A stretch of 64,000 nt of DNA, from NCBI GenBank assembly GCA_002811645.1, contig PDIP01000036.1:124001-188000 (forward strand), in the 5' to 3' direction. A model generated the notes under the pieces. That model saw only the letters and a list, made by a program, of their open reading frames with translations. It was not told where the DNA came from and searched no databases. Both the position numbers and the translations under genes were made by a program. Positions within the stretch are counted from its first letter, which is position 1. The number at the start of each line of letters is the position of its first letter. This stretch comes from Corallochytrium limacisporum Hawaii. Taxonomy: Eukaryota > Protista > Pluriformea. Shown here piece after piece: positions 1 through 10,680 of the stretch.

Positions 1-1455
1 GGCCAAAACGATAAGCGGACAAGCACGAGCATGCGCTGGTCTCCCAACACAAAAACGCCTCGAAGCAACGAAGGAAGATCGCCGCTATCAACTGGAGAAC
101 CTACCACTCAATGGCGTGTGTAGGTCCCGTTTGTTATCGCGGTACTCGTCCTCTTCGCGATAAGTGTTCAAACATCATACAAAATGGCCTCATTTTTTTC
201 GCGGTTACAGATCAATCTCCGTGCAAAGCATTCTCAGCATGAATCAATGCCCTGCATCCTATTCTTTCAAATGTCCGTGCACCGAAACACAAGCGCCGGT
301 TTTCGTGTGGGTGTTGAAACACGAGCTCAGAGTGTGCTTGACTCGCTCGCTGGCAGAGACCCAGACAACAGCACACAGCAGCAGCAGCGAGCTCACTAAT
401 TGCCTGGCCGCAAGAGTCAAAACATCCCCCCGGGGGGCCTTCGTTTCGGCCGGCCGGTAGAATAGCCCTTTTTTATTTGGTCCGGTGCGCGTCCTGCCCC
501 GCGGCACCCACCCACTCCCTCCCCTCCCCTCACCCAAAACGAAAAACCCTGCCCTCCTCCCCTCCCTTCCGGCTTTTGGGTGATTGTCACAGTCTGGACC
601 CGCCTGCCCCCTTCGTCTCAAACTGGGCCCCCACCGAAAGTTGCTTTACAAGTTGTTGATTATTGAATCATCCCTTATTGCATATCTGAGATTGGGAAGT
701 TTGCATAGATAATGTACTGCTAATGTTGACCATAATTGGCCATGTATTGACTACGTCGGGTCCGTTTTGGGTTAAGTTTCATTTATCCCCGCATCATACA
801 CCTCCCCCGCATTACAAAATGATTACCTTTGATACTGAACAAATACAATATTACGCCCATGTCTGAATATGCGTCTAGGAATGCTGTGTGCTGTAAGTAC
901 TCAAAGACTAACTACCAGCACGCACAAACCCTTTCGTTCGTCTCCATGCTTCGGACTGGAAGGGCGGCTGCGTTACTGTCACAAGGGAGAGAGAATAGCA
1001 CAAGGGGGGAGACGAAGGCCACCGCCCTTTCTTTTTGGTTCTGAAAGCCCCCTCCCCCGGGCGGACTGGAACGACAGCAAAAACACCCCGAGCCGTCGGG
1101 TTTGTGGCAAGAGAAGAACGTTGAGCACGAAATACCAAACAATGGACAAACCCAAGAAAAAAGACAATAAGAAAGGTATGAGGAAAAATAGGAACCATGG
1201 AAAACGTCCGCGAAGGCTCTTCTTGTCCGTGTAAAACGAACAGAAGTAAATACACAAGGGCAAACAGGAATGTTCAATCTTTTGCTGGTCGCGGCCCATC
1301 TCAGTCATGTCGGGTCAGTCAAATCGAGCAGAGGGCTGCGGATGGTCCCGGGTGTATCACACACTCGCGTCGATGATGAATTGAAGAATCTCTATCTCGT
1401 CGGAAATTCCGATGGATGGTGTCACGTACACAGTAACGAGGGGGTACGCTTGCGC

Positions 1456-1556
1456 CACACACTCACACACACTCACACACAGGCACACACACACTGGCAC
1501 ACACACAGGCACACACACACAGGCACACACATACATACATACATACACACACAGAG
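1456..1556. repeat. Imperfect (CA)n/(CATA)n microsatellite
   Basis: Directly visible cacacac/acatacat tract. Confidence 0.9.
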
Positions 1557-2633
1557 CACATCGATCTTCGATGCAGTTCTGGACACTCTGCTCACCCTAA
1601 GCTCTACATTCTGGAGAAAACCATCCAACTGGTGGGCGCGAAAGGATTGGGACGCCACGATGTGTTCGCTAAATAGTCGTATTTCCCACTAAGTGGTACA
1701 GTATGTGTAGCAAGAGACAGTTATTTAGTACTGGGAATCGAATCCCTGTGCACTTGGTGGGCATACTTAATTTACATCAACCGCACCCCTCCGCGATGCG
1801 CTGACCGTGTCGCCTTGACAGGCAAGGGACTCATCCCGCCCTTTCTAACAAGGCGCATCGCGCACTAACTCATTCAGTATCGAGATGCACCTGCCTTCGA
1901 CGCCACCCACCCCTTCTCTCTCCCACCCCTTGCCACCCAGTTATGGAGAGAATCCCCGTGCATTTCATCGTTTTTTCTCGCTAAAAGATCTCTCCTCCCC
2001 CCCCCCCTGTCCAGGTCTTTTTGATTTATTCATTGTTTCTAAATTGTAATGGATTTTTCCCGTTACGGAACCAACAGTGTTTGCTCGTCATCGCATATTT
2101 CCCTCCATTTTTTTTTAAATTCGTTTTCGGCGTTTCTCTCACCATATTTTCTTGCAGCGAGGTTTCGTTCTCGTTTTTTTTCTCTTTTAATGTGCTTTCC
2201 TGGGTTGAGAGATGTGGGAGACGTTCGTTAACACGCGTCCAAGGATTCTTCAATGCACCAAAAGCTCTCCCAATTGTTTTTGCTTTTGCTTCTGTAATTT
2301 TCTTTGCGGTTCGGCCCAGGTTTCTCTTGCTGCCGTACATTCGAGATACTGACACAGATCACAGCAAATTTGCCAGAATCTGACAATTTGCGATAACGCA
2401 TGGCTCTCTGCCCACCGGTGTGGCACGCGCGGCTCTCGGTTTTGCCTCCTTGGATTTCTGCTTTTTCCTCCGATCTCAAAGCTTAATAGAACCGCGAGCT
2501 CCACCTCCTCCTCCTCTCTTCCTCCCTCTCCCTCTCTCCCGCGGAGGGGGGGGCTTCTTTCGGTCTTCCTTTGCCTCTTTCTTTCTTCCCCTGAGTGATT
2601 TGAGACTCTGATCGCATCGGGAGGAAGAAGAAA

Positions 2634-2757
2634 GGGGGGGGGGGGGGATGGGTACCCAATCTTTCTCCTTGTTCTTTTTTTATACTGCNNNNNNNNNNNN
2701 NNNNGGGGGGGGGGGATGTGTACCCAATCTTTCTCCTTGTTCTTGTTTTATACTGCA
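2634..2757. repeat. ~55-nt near-perfect direct repeat on both sides of a 16-nt N gap (probably an assembly overlap)
   Basis: G-run + atg[g/t]gtacccaatctttctccttgttctt...tatactgc occurs on both sides of N 2689-2704. Confidence 0.8.
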
Positions 2758-3930
2758 CCACCGAATAATTAATCTCTGGAGTTGACAATCTCACCCTCGA
2801 GCTTCGTCGGGGTGTGTCGGTGATGTGAGTGTCCGTCCCGGGGGGGGTGGTGACGTTCGCGGGCTTCGTTTTTGGAATCCGATCGCCTTCTCTTGGCATG
2901 TGCGGCACAAAGGACAAGAGATAAAAATTAGAAAGAGACATGAGAGAGGGAGGAAAGTCCGGTGTATTTTCCTTGTGCTTTTTGTTCGCCCTTTCTTTTT
3001 TTTTTTTGCGTTGGCGAGTGGAGAGTTTTTTTTTCTTTATTACTTTCCTTCCTCACTCTCTCTCTCTCTCTTCTTTACTTTCACTTACTCCAATTATCAA
3101 GTAATTGGTTCTATGAATTCTTGGCGCACTTTTTGATTACCTGCTTCTGTATTTGTAGTCCTCCAGGACATAGTGTCTCTATGGAGAAACGCTTTGGACG
3201 CGTTTGGTAACTTTCGAGTCCGGAATAGTAATATATCTGTGTCTCTATCGAACCCAAATAGATAGTATAAATTGATTCTCTTTCTCAGCTCCAGAGAATT
3301 TCTTCATACTAAACATATGGTGATAATCAGCAACTTTTGAGAGACCTTCGAATTGCGGAAACCAATGGAGCAGCGGCGGGGTGGGGACCAGAAAAACTTG
3401 TGAAAGGCCAGCATGGGTTGGGGTACCTCAAAGCAACCCGCAGGGGAGAGAGGCTCAGGTGGGTTATTGGATAGTGAAGCCCCCAGATTTTACTACCGCA
3501 TGGTTGCCGCTTAACCAGCGCTTCCCACACTTCCGCCGCCTTGCCTAACGAGCGGCAAACTCTTCTCTCGACTTTCTCTGACAGAACTAGAGAGGCCCCC
3601 TTTGGGTGAGAGAGAGACAGGGGCCCTCTTTGGGTGAAGAGAGAGAGAGAGAGGGGGGGGGGGAGATTGAGAGGGCATAAAAGTGTGGGGTGGGCGTTCT
3701 ATTGTAATACGTACCCGGACGTTCGGGGGTTTTTTGTAACACGGTTCATCTACAGTTTTCTTGCGAGCTGTGGGTGTATTATATATACTGACATATTCTA
3801 AATATGTAAATTCGGCACAATCTGGCGGAAATTAGAAAATTCTATATATTTACTACCAGAAAATGTCACCTTCGGCAAAAAGTGGAGCAGAAAAATCAAT
3901 ATATCTCGACAGATCTGGCTACAGATCATA

Positions 3931-5337
3931 TCAGATCGCTCCCGCTGGTGTGGCGGACTCAGTGGGATCGTGCACATCCATTCCCTTGAAGGTAAACTTG
4001 GAGTCCTTGATGAGCTCGTTGTAGGATCCGAATACTTCTGCAGCTTGCTCAGGTGTAATCGTGTCCAGTAGAGATTCTTCGTCAGCAACGGCGGAGTTCT
4101 CGTAGACCTTCAGGTGATCATAGAGCGTGGATCGTTCCACTGGGATCCGACCTGCACCGGTGACAAGGTTGCGCAGTTCCCTAGGACGCATCAACTGCCC
4201 ATTCTTCGCTCCCGCGGAGGTGGAGATACTTTCGTTGATCAGGGACCCTCCAAGATCATTCGCCCCTGCGTTTAACAAGATTTGTGCCATTCGAGCTCCT
4301 TCCTTAACCCAAGAGACTTGCACGTTCTTGATGTTGTCCAGAGCCAGCCGTCCAACAGCGTGCATGAGGAGCACCTCAATGCCTGTGGGTCCTGGTCTGC
4401 AGACTATGTTGCCAAGTTTCCCCTTGCGGAACATGGGCGCCTCCGAAAACACAAAACTCAAAGGCACAAACTCTGTAATACCTCCCGTTCGGCCCTGGAG
4501 GTTGCGCAGGTGCAGCAAATGCTCCGCGACGTGCTGCGGCTCCTCAATGTGCCCGTACATGATAGTGCTGGTGGTCGGGATGTCCAAGTTGTGTGCTGTC
4601 TCTACAATATTCACCCAGCGCTCAGACGACAGCCTTCCTGCCGCCAATTTCTTCCTCACGTCGTCCACTAGGATTTCTGCTGAAGTTCCTGGCAGTGACC
4701 CAACTCCTGCGAGCTTCAGCTCTGCCAAGTATTGCACAGTAGAACACCGCATCCGCTTCGCACCATACTCGATCTCTTCAGGACTAAATCCATGAATGTG
4801 AAGGTCTGGTACGGCCTCTTTGACAGCAGCACAGAGGCGGATGTAGTAATCGCCGCGCATGTGCGGTGGCATTCCAGCCTGTATGCACACCTCAGTGGCC
4901 CCCAGGGCGGCCGCTTGCTTGGCCCTCCGCACCACCTCTTCCATAGGCAGGAAATACCCTTCCTGGTCTCCATTCTTTCCTACGTCCGTCATGGTACGAC
5001 TAAAGGCACAGAATCCACAGCGCTTGACACAGACGTTGGTGAAGTTAATATTCCGGTTAACGACGTACGTGACACGGTCGCCGACCAGTTGCTCCCGTTT
5101 CGCATTTGCCGCCAGAACAATGGCAGAGACATCCGCTGGCCGCCGGGCCTTCAGCAAGGTGATGATCTGATCTGCAATTAGGCTTTCGCCTGAAGAAACT
5201 CCTTCGAGAATATCTTGCACATTTTTGGAAGGAGTAGATGCTGTGCTCTCATGAATGGCCCGTCGTACACAGTGTACCGGTTGGAGACGATTCTGTAGCG
5301 CTCCACGGGCTACACCTTTTCTCACCAGCAATAACAT
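3931..5337 (-). CDS. cofH: FO synthase subunit CofH (radical SAM; deazaflavin FO biosynthesis) with N-terminal basic presequence
   Basis: TYVVNRNINFTNVCVKRCGFCAF (CxxxCxxC), EVCIQAG, HIHGFSPEEI, SLPGTSAEIL, TSTIMYGHIE, EFVPLSF, VQVSWVK, GANDLGGSLINESIS and RIPVERSTLY are CofH/MqnC-family motifs; SWVK and GG[ST]LxNESI favour CofH. No CofG half is fused. Confidence 0.88.
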   Translation of the reverse strand: MLLLVRKGVARGALQNRLQPVHCVRRAIHESTASTPSKNVQDILEGVSSGESLIADQIITLLKARRPADVSAIVLAANAKREQLVGDRVTYVVNRNINFTNVCVKRCGFCAFSRTMTDVGKNGDQEGYFLPMEEVVRRAKQAAALGATEVCIQAGMPPHMRGDYYIRLCAAVKEAVPDLHIHGFSPEEIEYGAKRMRCSTVQYLAELKLAGVGSLPGTSAEILVDDVRKKLAAGRLSSERWVNIVETAHNLDIPTTSTIMYGHIEEPQHVAEHLLHLRNLQGRTGGITEFVPLSFVFSEAPMFRKGKLGNIVCRPGPTGIEVLLMHAVGRLALDNIKNVQVSWVKEGARMAQILLNAGANDLGGSLINESISTSAGAKNGQLMRPRELRNLVTGAGRIPVERSTLYDHLKVYENSAVADEESLLDTITPEQAAEVFGSYNELIKDSKFTFKGMDVHDPTESATPAGAI

Positions 5338-5821
5338 TTTTAGTCTCTAAACAATAGGTTTCGAACATACAGCAACATGAATTGGAAACGGATTCAGAGT
5401 TGCTTGAACGTAACTTCTTCGTATAGGTTCAAGAGCAAGTTTGTTCTGCCCGAAAACACCGAACTGCAGAAGGTGATTACTTTTCGGGTTTGCTTCCGTC
5501 AAGCGCCGGTCCCGCACTGTCCCTCCCGGCACGATACCGGTACTGCCCTAGATTAGGGGGGACGGACAGGGGAAGCTGTATAGATGGAAAGCAGGGGGAT
5601 GGGGAACAACTCCTAAGCCCTTGGTGCAAAATAGATCAATAATATATCGCGTGGGTGGGCTCCGTTCGGTGCCTGCGGCTGTGCCCGCCAGTACGGACCC
5701 CTATAAGTCTCAGCAATGTACGAAATGGTTGGTATTCTATTATAAGGTTTGATGATGCTTTATGGTGCTAGTAAAGGAAAAGAGATCATCCAAGAGGACA
5801 CAAGCGCCGTGTTTCGGGATT

Positions 5822-7459
5822 TTAGTATACTCCGTTCGCGCCCTTTGCGATCCGCCTTGTCGACCGAGTTGGAGACGCTGATGCGGGGGACTTGGAGTGG
5901 CCTCCCCGAGCTGGACTCTTAGCCGAAGTTTTCTTGGTCGGTTTTTTGGCTGACGTCTTTTTGGCCGGAGACTTTGCGGATGTCTTCGCCGATGCCTTCC
6001 TTGTTGGTGTGGGAGACTTGGTCCGCTTGACACTGCCATCCGGGTTGATGACGCCGTCAGTTAGGGCCTTCTCGTATTCGTGCATACTCTCGGCATCCCG
6101 TGCTTTCTGGTACTCAAGTGCAAAGCCCTCAATTGCTTTCAGAATGAAATACCCGACAAAGCTGAGAATGAAGGCATTGAAGACGCCGGAGATACTGAAG
6201 TAGGAGTTACTGGCCTGCTGGGACTTGACGAACTCCGGGTTGTTCAAACTGTACTTCGCCTTCTCCCATTTGTCCATTAGGGCCGCAGCCATACCCGGAG
6301 TCAGAACGTACTTTTGGGCAGTGGACAGTACCGAATCAATAATTGTTTCCAGGTAATCAGTCTCCATCGCAATTGCGGTCACAATAGCTGTCTGCAGAGG
6401 GGCCTTGACCAGACCCTTACCGATCAGAGTGGCAAAGAAGAAGATCTCGAATGGAATTAGGAAGTGGCCGCAAGTCAGGCCAGCCAAATCGAAGAGAGGG
6501 TTCGGAATTGAAGCAGCGGCAAGGATACCCCAGAAACCAAAGTACTGAACAAGATCATGCATGCCCTTTTTCGCCCTGAAGAACAGATCAGTCTCATCAC
6601 CACCACGTTCAATCTCAGCAATGTCCGCCATTTCCTCGACGTCGTCTTCTGTGCCGCTCAGCTTTGCAGATCGTGCAATAAAGTAAGGTGGCATTTCACC
6701 GAATCCAGTTCCTAGACCCCACAGAATGGTTTCGTACTGCAGAGAAATGAAGACCCGCAACCAAGTAGCCGATTGATCTGAATCAGGAAGCAACAAAGAT
6801 GACGAAATAATATTGCGACCCCAAGTGTCAGCCTGAACGTGGGCCGGACAGATGGGTGCATAGTCTGCCCATGAACTCCAGTAGCTCCATGGGTTATCAG
6901 GCACATACATATGCACAGAATTGCACACAAAACTTGCCCGAGCATAACGAGCCACGTACGGACCCACAAACAAGACGTATGTGTGCAGGCCTGTGCCTAG
7001 ACCGCAACTTGACAGGAAACCAAGCGTGAGCCAAAAACTAGCATACGCCAAGTTGTTCTCTATGGGCGCTAGATAAGGACGCACAGGGTTTTCCGTGTTG
7101 TAGACAATAGCAACAGTCAGGACAGTCGCTGTCGTGAGCAGCTGAACATTTCCCGACTTTTTGAACACACCATAGCAGTCCGTCGAATATTCTACCATTT
7201 GCTTGAAGAAGAGCTGGAAGACTAGGACTGGTTTTGTCCATATGTTAATCTCTTGGCGGCGCTCAGAGAGCGTCTTCCGCCGTGCCGTCACGGCGTTCTG
7301 AATTTTCTTGGACACCATGAAGAGTCCCGTAAGAAAATCACCCGTACTGGTTGAAACTATTGTTCCATATGAGTTCGATCCCGGTTTGGACGTCCCATAC
7401 ATTTGCGTATACCTTCCACACCGGTTCTCTGCCCAAGACTTGACATTGCTCCTTTTCAT
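5822..7459 (-). CDS. VMP1: Vacuole membrane protein 1 (VMP1/TMEM49, DedA/VTT family) with a basic K/S/P-rich C-terminal tail; start may be the ATG at 7318 (MVSKK)
   Basis: LGFLSSCGLGTGLHTYVLFVGP, WGLGTGFGEMPPYF, FGFWGILAAASIPNPLFDLAGLTCGHFLIPF and FFATLIGK are VMP1 signature segments. Confidence 0.93.
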   Translation of the reverse strand: MKRSNVKSWAENRCGRYTQMYGTSKPGSNSYGTIVSTSTGDFLTGLFMVSKKIQNAVTARRKTLSERRQEINIWTKPVLVFQLFFKQMVEYSTDCYGVFKKSGNVQLLTTATVLTVAIVYNTENPVRPYLAPIENNLAYASFWLTLGFLSSCGLGTGLHTYVLFVGPYVARYARASFVCNSVHMYVPDNPWSYWSSWADYAPICPAHVQADTWGRNIISSSLLLPDSDQSATWLRVFISLQYETILWGLGTGFGEMPPYFIARSAKLSGTEDDVEEMADIAEIERGGDETDLFFRAKKGMHDLVQYFGFWGILAAASIPNPLFDLAGLTCGHFLIPFEIFFFATLIGKGLVKAPLQTAIVTAIAMETDYLETIIDSVLSTAQKYVLTPGMAAALMDKWEKAKYSLNNPEFVKSQQASNSYFSISGVFNAFILSFVGYFILKAIEGFALEYQKARDAESMHEYEKALTDGVINPDGSVKRTKSPTPTRKASAKTSAKSPAKKTSAKKPTKKTSAKSPARGGHSKSPASASPTRSTRRIAKGANGVY

Positions 7460-7559
7460 CACACCATCACTGCCATCCACTCATACATCGTTGTACACAT
7501 CGCAGGAGTTGAAGGTGTGTCTCACAATTGCCGTCGGTACGGTACATTCATGCCGACTG

Positions 7560-8120
7560 TGGCCAAAACAGGGGCTCCACGCAACCCGAGCGCTGCCGAT
7601 GAACGAGAGACTTCGGGAGGGTGCCGCTCCCTATACTCACGGTACCACTCCGCCGGCACGAGCGACCCTGGCACTGGTGAAGAAAGCAGGGCCGGGGAGG
7701 GAGGTGTCACGTCAGTGTTACGTTCAGGCGAAAAAAAAAAAAACTTTGGTTGAGAGCCGGTACTTAAGCCCAGGGTCCGGAGAGGACCAAGAGAGGGGAT
7801 CCCTTAAACCCCGCTTGGGGGAGGAGGGGGGTTTGAGGAAGGGAAATAAAAAAGAGAGGGGGGTTCTGCCCGGCCCCGATATCTCCTGAAGCCTACCTAC
7901 TCCTTGGCTAGGTCTTTGGGAGGGGAAAACTCAACGTGAAGGAATTTTTCTTAACTGCTCCTCCCCCCNNNNNNNNNNNNNNNNNNNGGGGGGGGGGGGG
8001 CCACGGAACAAAAGAGGTGTTTAACGGAAGGGAAGGATGAGAAGTTGTTTTGTAAAGGGGGCGGGGTTTCCTGGAGCTGTGCGGACTGGCGTTGGTTGCG
8101 GACGGGTTTTGGGCTGCAGG
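7560..8120. promoter_or_regulatory. Homopolymer-rich, ApT-poor island upstream of VMP1 (putative promoter)
   Basis: A13 and G/C runs, N gap; about 8 ApT in 560 nt by hand count; lies 5' of the gene. Confidence 0.55.
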
Positions 8121-8366
8121 GAATCAATTTGGGGCTCGTGAAACGATCAGGAGAGCACCTTAGCCAGCTGCGGATGGCACCAGTGATATACAGTGACGGT
8201 AAATTGACTGACAGTAACATTCAAGAACCGCATGACTACTAGATCGAGGACAGAAAACGAAAAGTTTTATCTATGTACAAATATGTTCCGTGTGCTTGAC
8301 TATGCTGATGGGGGTGCGCTTGTCAAAATACATAATGGAAAATACAGAGTGTCTCTTGGACGACCC

Positions 8367-9890
8367 TTAAATGTCTCCACCGAGAAGGCGCTCAATAGCA
8401 GCGCTCACATTTCCGTTAGTGACATTCAGTGCACGGATATTGTCGTGCTGGTTAGTGAAGCCCATCTCCTCCAGCTGTCGCAGCTGGCTTGCGTAGCGCT
8501 CTTCAGGGGGGCGGTCGTCATTTTGGTTTGCAGTTGCTCCAGCACCACCGAGGCCACCGAGACCGCCCATGCCTCCCATCATATTCATCATCATCTCCGG
8601 ACTCATGCCACCCGCTCCAGCACCCTCTCCGCCTGCACCAAAACCGGGGAACAAACCACTTGATTGGAGCTGGGCCATCGCTTGTTGCATCTGCATCATA
8701 GCCCTCATGTTCTCCGGGTTGAGCATCCTCTGCAGGCGCTCAGGATCGCTCATCATTTCCTGAAGCTGTGGGTTGCTGGCCAAGTACGGATTCTGGCGCA
8801 TCATATCTGACATGCCCCTCATCATTTCCGGATTGCTGGTGATCTGTTCCAGAGACTGACGGAACATAGGGTCCTCCAACATGGATGCCAGCCCTGGCAC
8901 ACTTCCTGGCATTGCCCCCGTGGCACCTGCACCACCAGTGGTGCTGTCTCCTGTTGTGCTTGACTCGTTTGCGCTATTTTCTGTGCTGGTGCCATTCACA
9001 CCTGCAAAGGCAGCAAACGGATTCGAAGCTGCCGTGTTTCCTCCCGTTGATGACTGATTGCTCGTGTTGTTCGGTGCCCACGGGTTTGGAACAGGACCAG
9101 AACGAGCCTGGCTATTTGTGTTGCTGTCGCTAGTGCTATTGTTGTTGGACTCATCTTGATCCATCGCATTCATCATGGGCTCTTGCACATTTCGGTACAT
9201 TGAAGTAAGGTAGTTCATGCCCCCGGGCATGGCCTCCACATTCTGCAGCGCCCTGTCGTTGTTTCGCACCACTTCCCGCATGTGGGAAGGGTTCCGCATC
9301 ATCTGCAACGTCTGTCTAAGGAAAGCTGGATCCGACATCACATGACGCATTTCTGGGTTGCGGTTCATCATTTCTTGCATCATCGGGTTGGACTCAATCA
9401 TGGCGCGCATCAATTCCGGGTTATCCATCATCTGCTGCATGATGGGAGAGTTCATCATCTGCTGCATCATCTCTGGGTTGTTCATCATTTCCTGCATGCC
9501 TGGCATTCCCATGCCTCCCATACCTCCCATTCCACTGAGAGGATTGGTATTAGTGTTCGCGTTGTTTTGCGACTGGGACTGGGACTGAGACGTAGGAGTC
9601 GGTGTGGGGCGAGGAGCCGCGGTGCTCCCCTGTGCAGAGGAAGGCGTTGCCTTCTTCATAGCTGTAGGCAGCAGATGAATTGAATGACCATCCTTGACAC
9701 CATACTCAGATACTTTTTTCTCGTCCTTCAGGATCTGCCCCGAATAAATGAGCCGCTGTTGATCAGCGGGAATATCCGACTCGCCCGCAAGCTTCTCCTT
9801 CAGGTCCCGCACAGAAACTTCTGGATCGAATGTGACTGGAAATTTTTTCTGCTTTGCAGCATACTGGATCGTAACTGAAATTTCTGACAT
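8367..9890 (-). CDS. UBQLN: Ubiquilin/Dsk2 (UBL-STI1-UBA)
   Basis: N-terminal UBL (QQRLIYSGQILKD), Met/Asn/Pro-rich STI1 repeats, NDRALQNVEAMPGG, C-terminal UBA (PPEERYASQLRQLEEMGF...NGNVSAAIERLL). Confidence 0.96.
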   Translation of the reverse strand: MSEISVTIQYAAKQKKFPVTFDPEVSVRDLKEKLAGESDIPADQQRLIYSGQILKDEKKVSEYGVKDGHSIHLLPTAMKKATPSSAQGSTAAPRPTPTPTSQSQSQSQNNANTNTNPLSGMGGMGGMGMPGMQEMMNNPEMMQQMMNSPIMQQMMDNPELMRAMIESNPMMQEMMNRNPEMRHVMSDPAFLRQTLQMMRNPSHMREVVRNNDRALQNVEAMPGGMNYLTSMYRNVQEPMMNAMDQDESNNNSTSDSNTNSQARSGPVPNPWAPNNTSNQSSTGGNTAASNPFAAFAGVNGTSTENSANESSTTGDSTTGGAGATGAMPGSVPGLASMLEDPMFRQSLEQITSNPEMMRGMSDMMRQNPYLASNPQLQEMMSDPERLQRMLNPENMRAMMQMQQAMAQLQSSGLFPGFGAGGEGAGAGGMSPEMMMNMMGGMGGLGGLGGAGATANQNDDRPPEERYASQLRQLEEMGFTNQHDNIRALNVTNGNVSAAIERLLGGDI

Positions 9891-10059
9891 ATTTGTGTCT
9901 TGCTAATTTCGAACGCACTGACGTTACAGTGTGCAGACACGCAAAAGCTGTCAGGTTAATCAGGCTATTCTGAACAACGTGCCCATAAGTATTTTTGGAT
10001 TCTCCTGACCTCACGGACTTTCATACCCAAACGATCTTATCGACTATGTTCTGCTGACC

Positions 10060-10680
10060 ACTTTGCCTGCGTTTAGACCACGACTTCTTCCTCGCAGTCT
10101 GCTGACTCAACTTCGCCAAGTTTAGTCGTGTCCGCCTTGTGAAAATTCTGGGGGGCCGAACCGGACCCGACGGTTGCGGTCCCCCGAGAGTGTGTCCTGT
10201 TTGCCTCCTTCGTGACTGTATTCCTTTCGCTTGGTCTCCCCTTCCCAGCAGCCCTCCCTGCCCAGCTGCTGCCGCGGAGACGGAGAAACACCAGTATACC
10301 GACCGAAGCCAGAAAGGTACAGATTCCTCTCGACAACGGTCCAGCCATCGCCCAAGTTTCCGTACTAAATGAACGACTCACGCACGGTGGCTGCTGCGGG
10401 CTGCCGCTGCTTTGTTTCTTTTTTTTTTTGTTGCAGCTGATGCCAGTCGCAGCAGTTCCGCAGCCTTGGTCTCTCCGCTCTCCCGCTCGGAGCCTTGAGT
10501 GAGAGACCTCGGCCGGACGGAGAACTCAAGGGAGATCGCACAGACAGACGCGAGGGGACACACCCAAGGTCCCACCCCCCTCCCCCGGGGCGCTTCTCAG
10601 GATTTGCCACCGGTGGGCTGCGTAGAGTTTGGCCCTCCCGCCAGGGAAAGGGGGAGTGTGTGTTGAGGAAACAGACAAGC
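10060..10680. promoter_or_regulatory. ApT-poor island upstream of ubiquilin (putative promoter)
   Basis: About 9 ApT in 620 nt by hand count; T11 run, C/G runs. Confidence 0.55.

Noticed and set aside
2634-2757. Direct repeat around a gap as an LTR, target-site duplication or CRISPR-like unit
   Set aside because: Two near-identical copies on either side of a 16-nt N gap after a G run; most simply unmerged contig ends.
7560-8120. Islands as a MITE/SINE family
   Set aside because: No terminal inverted repeats, target-site duplications or alignable sequence between islands; only composition is shared.
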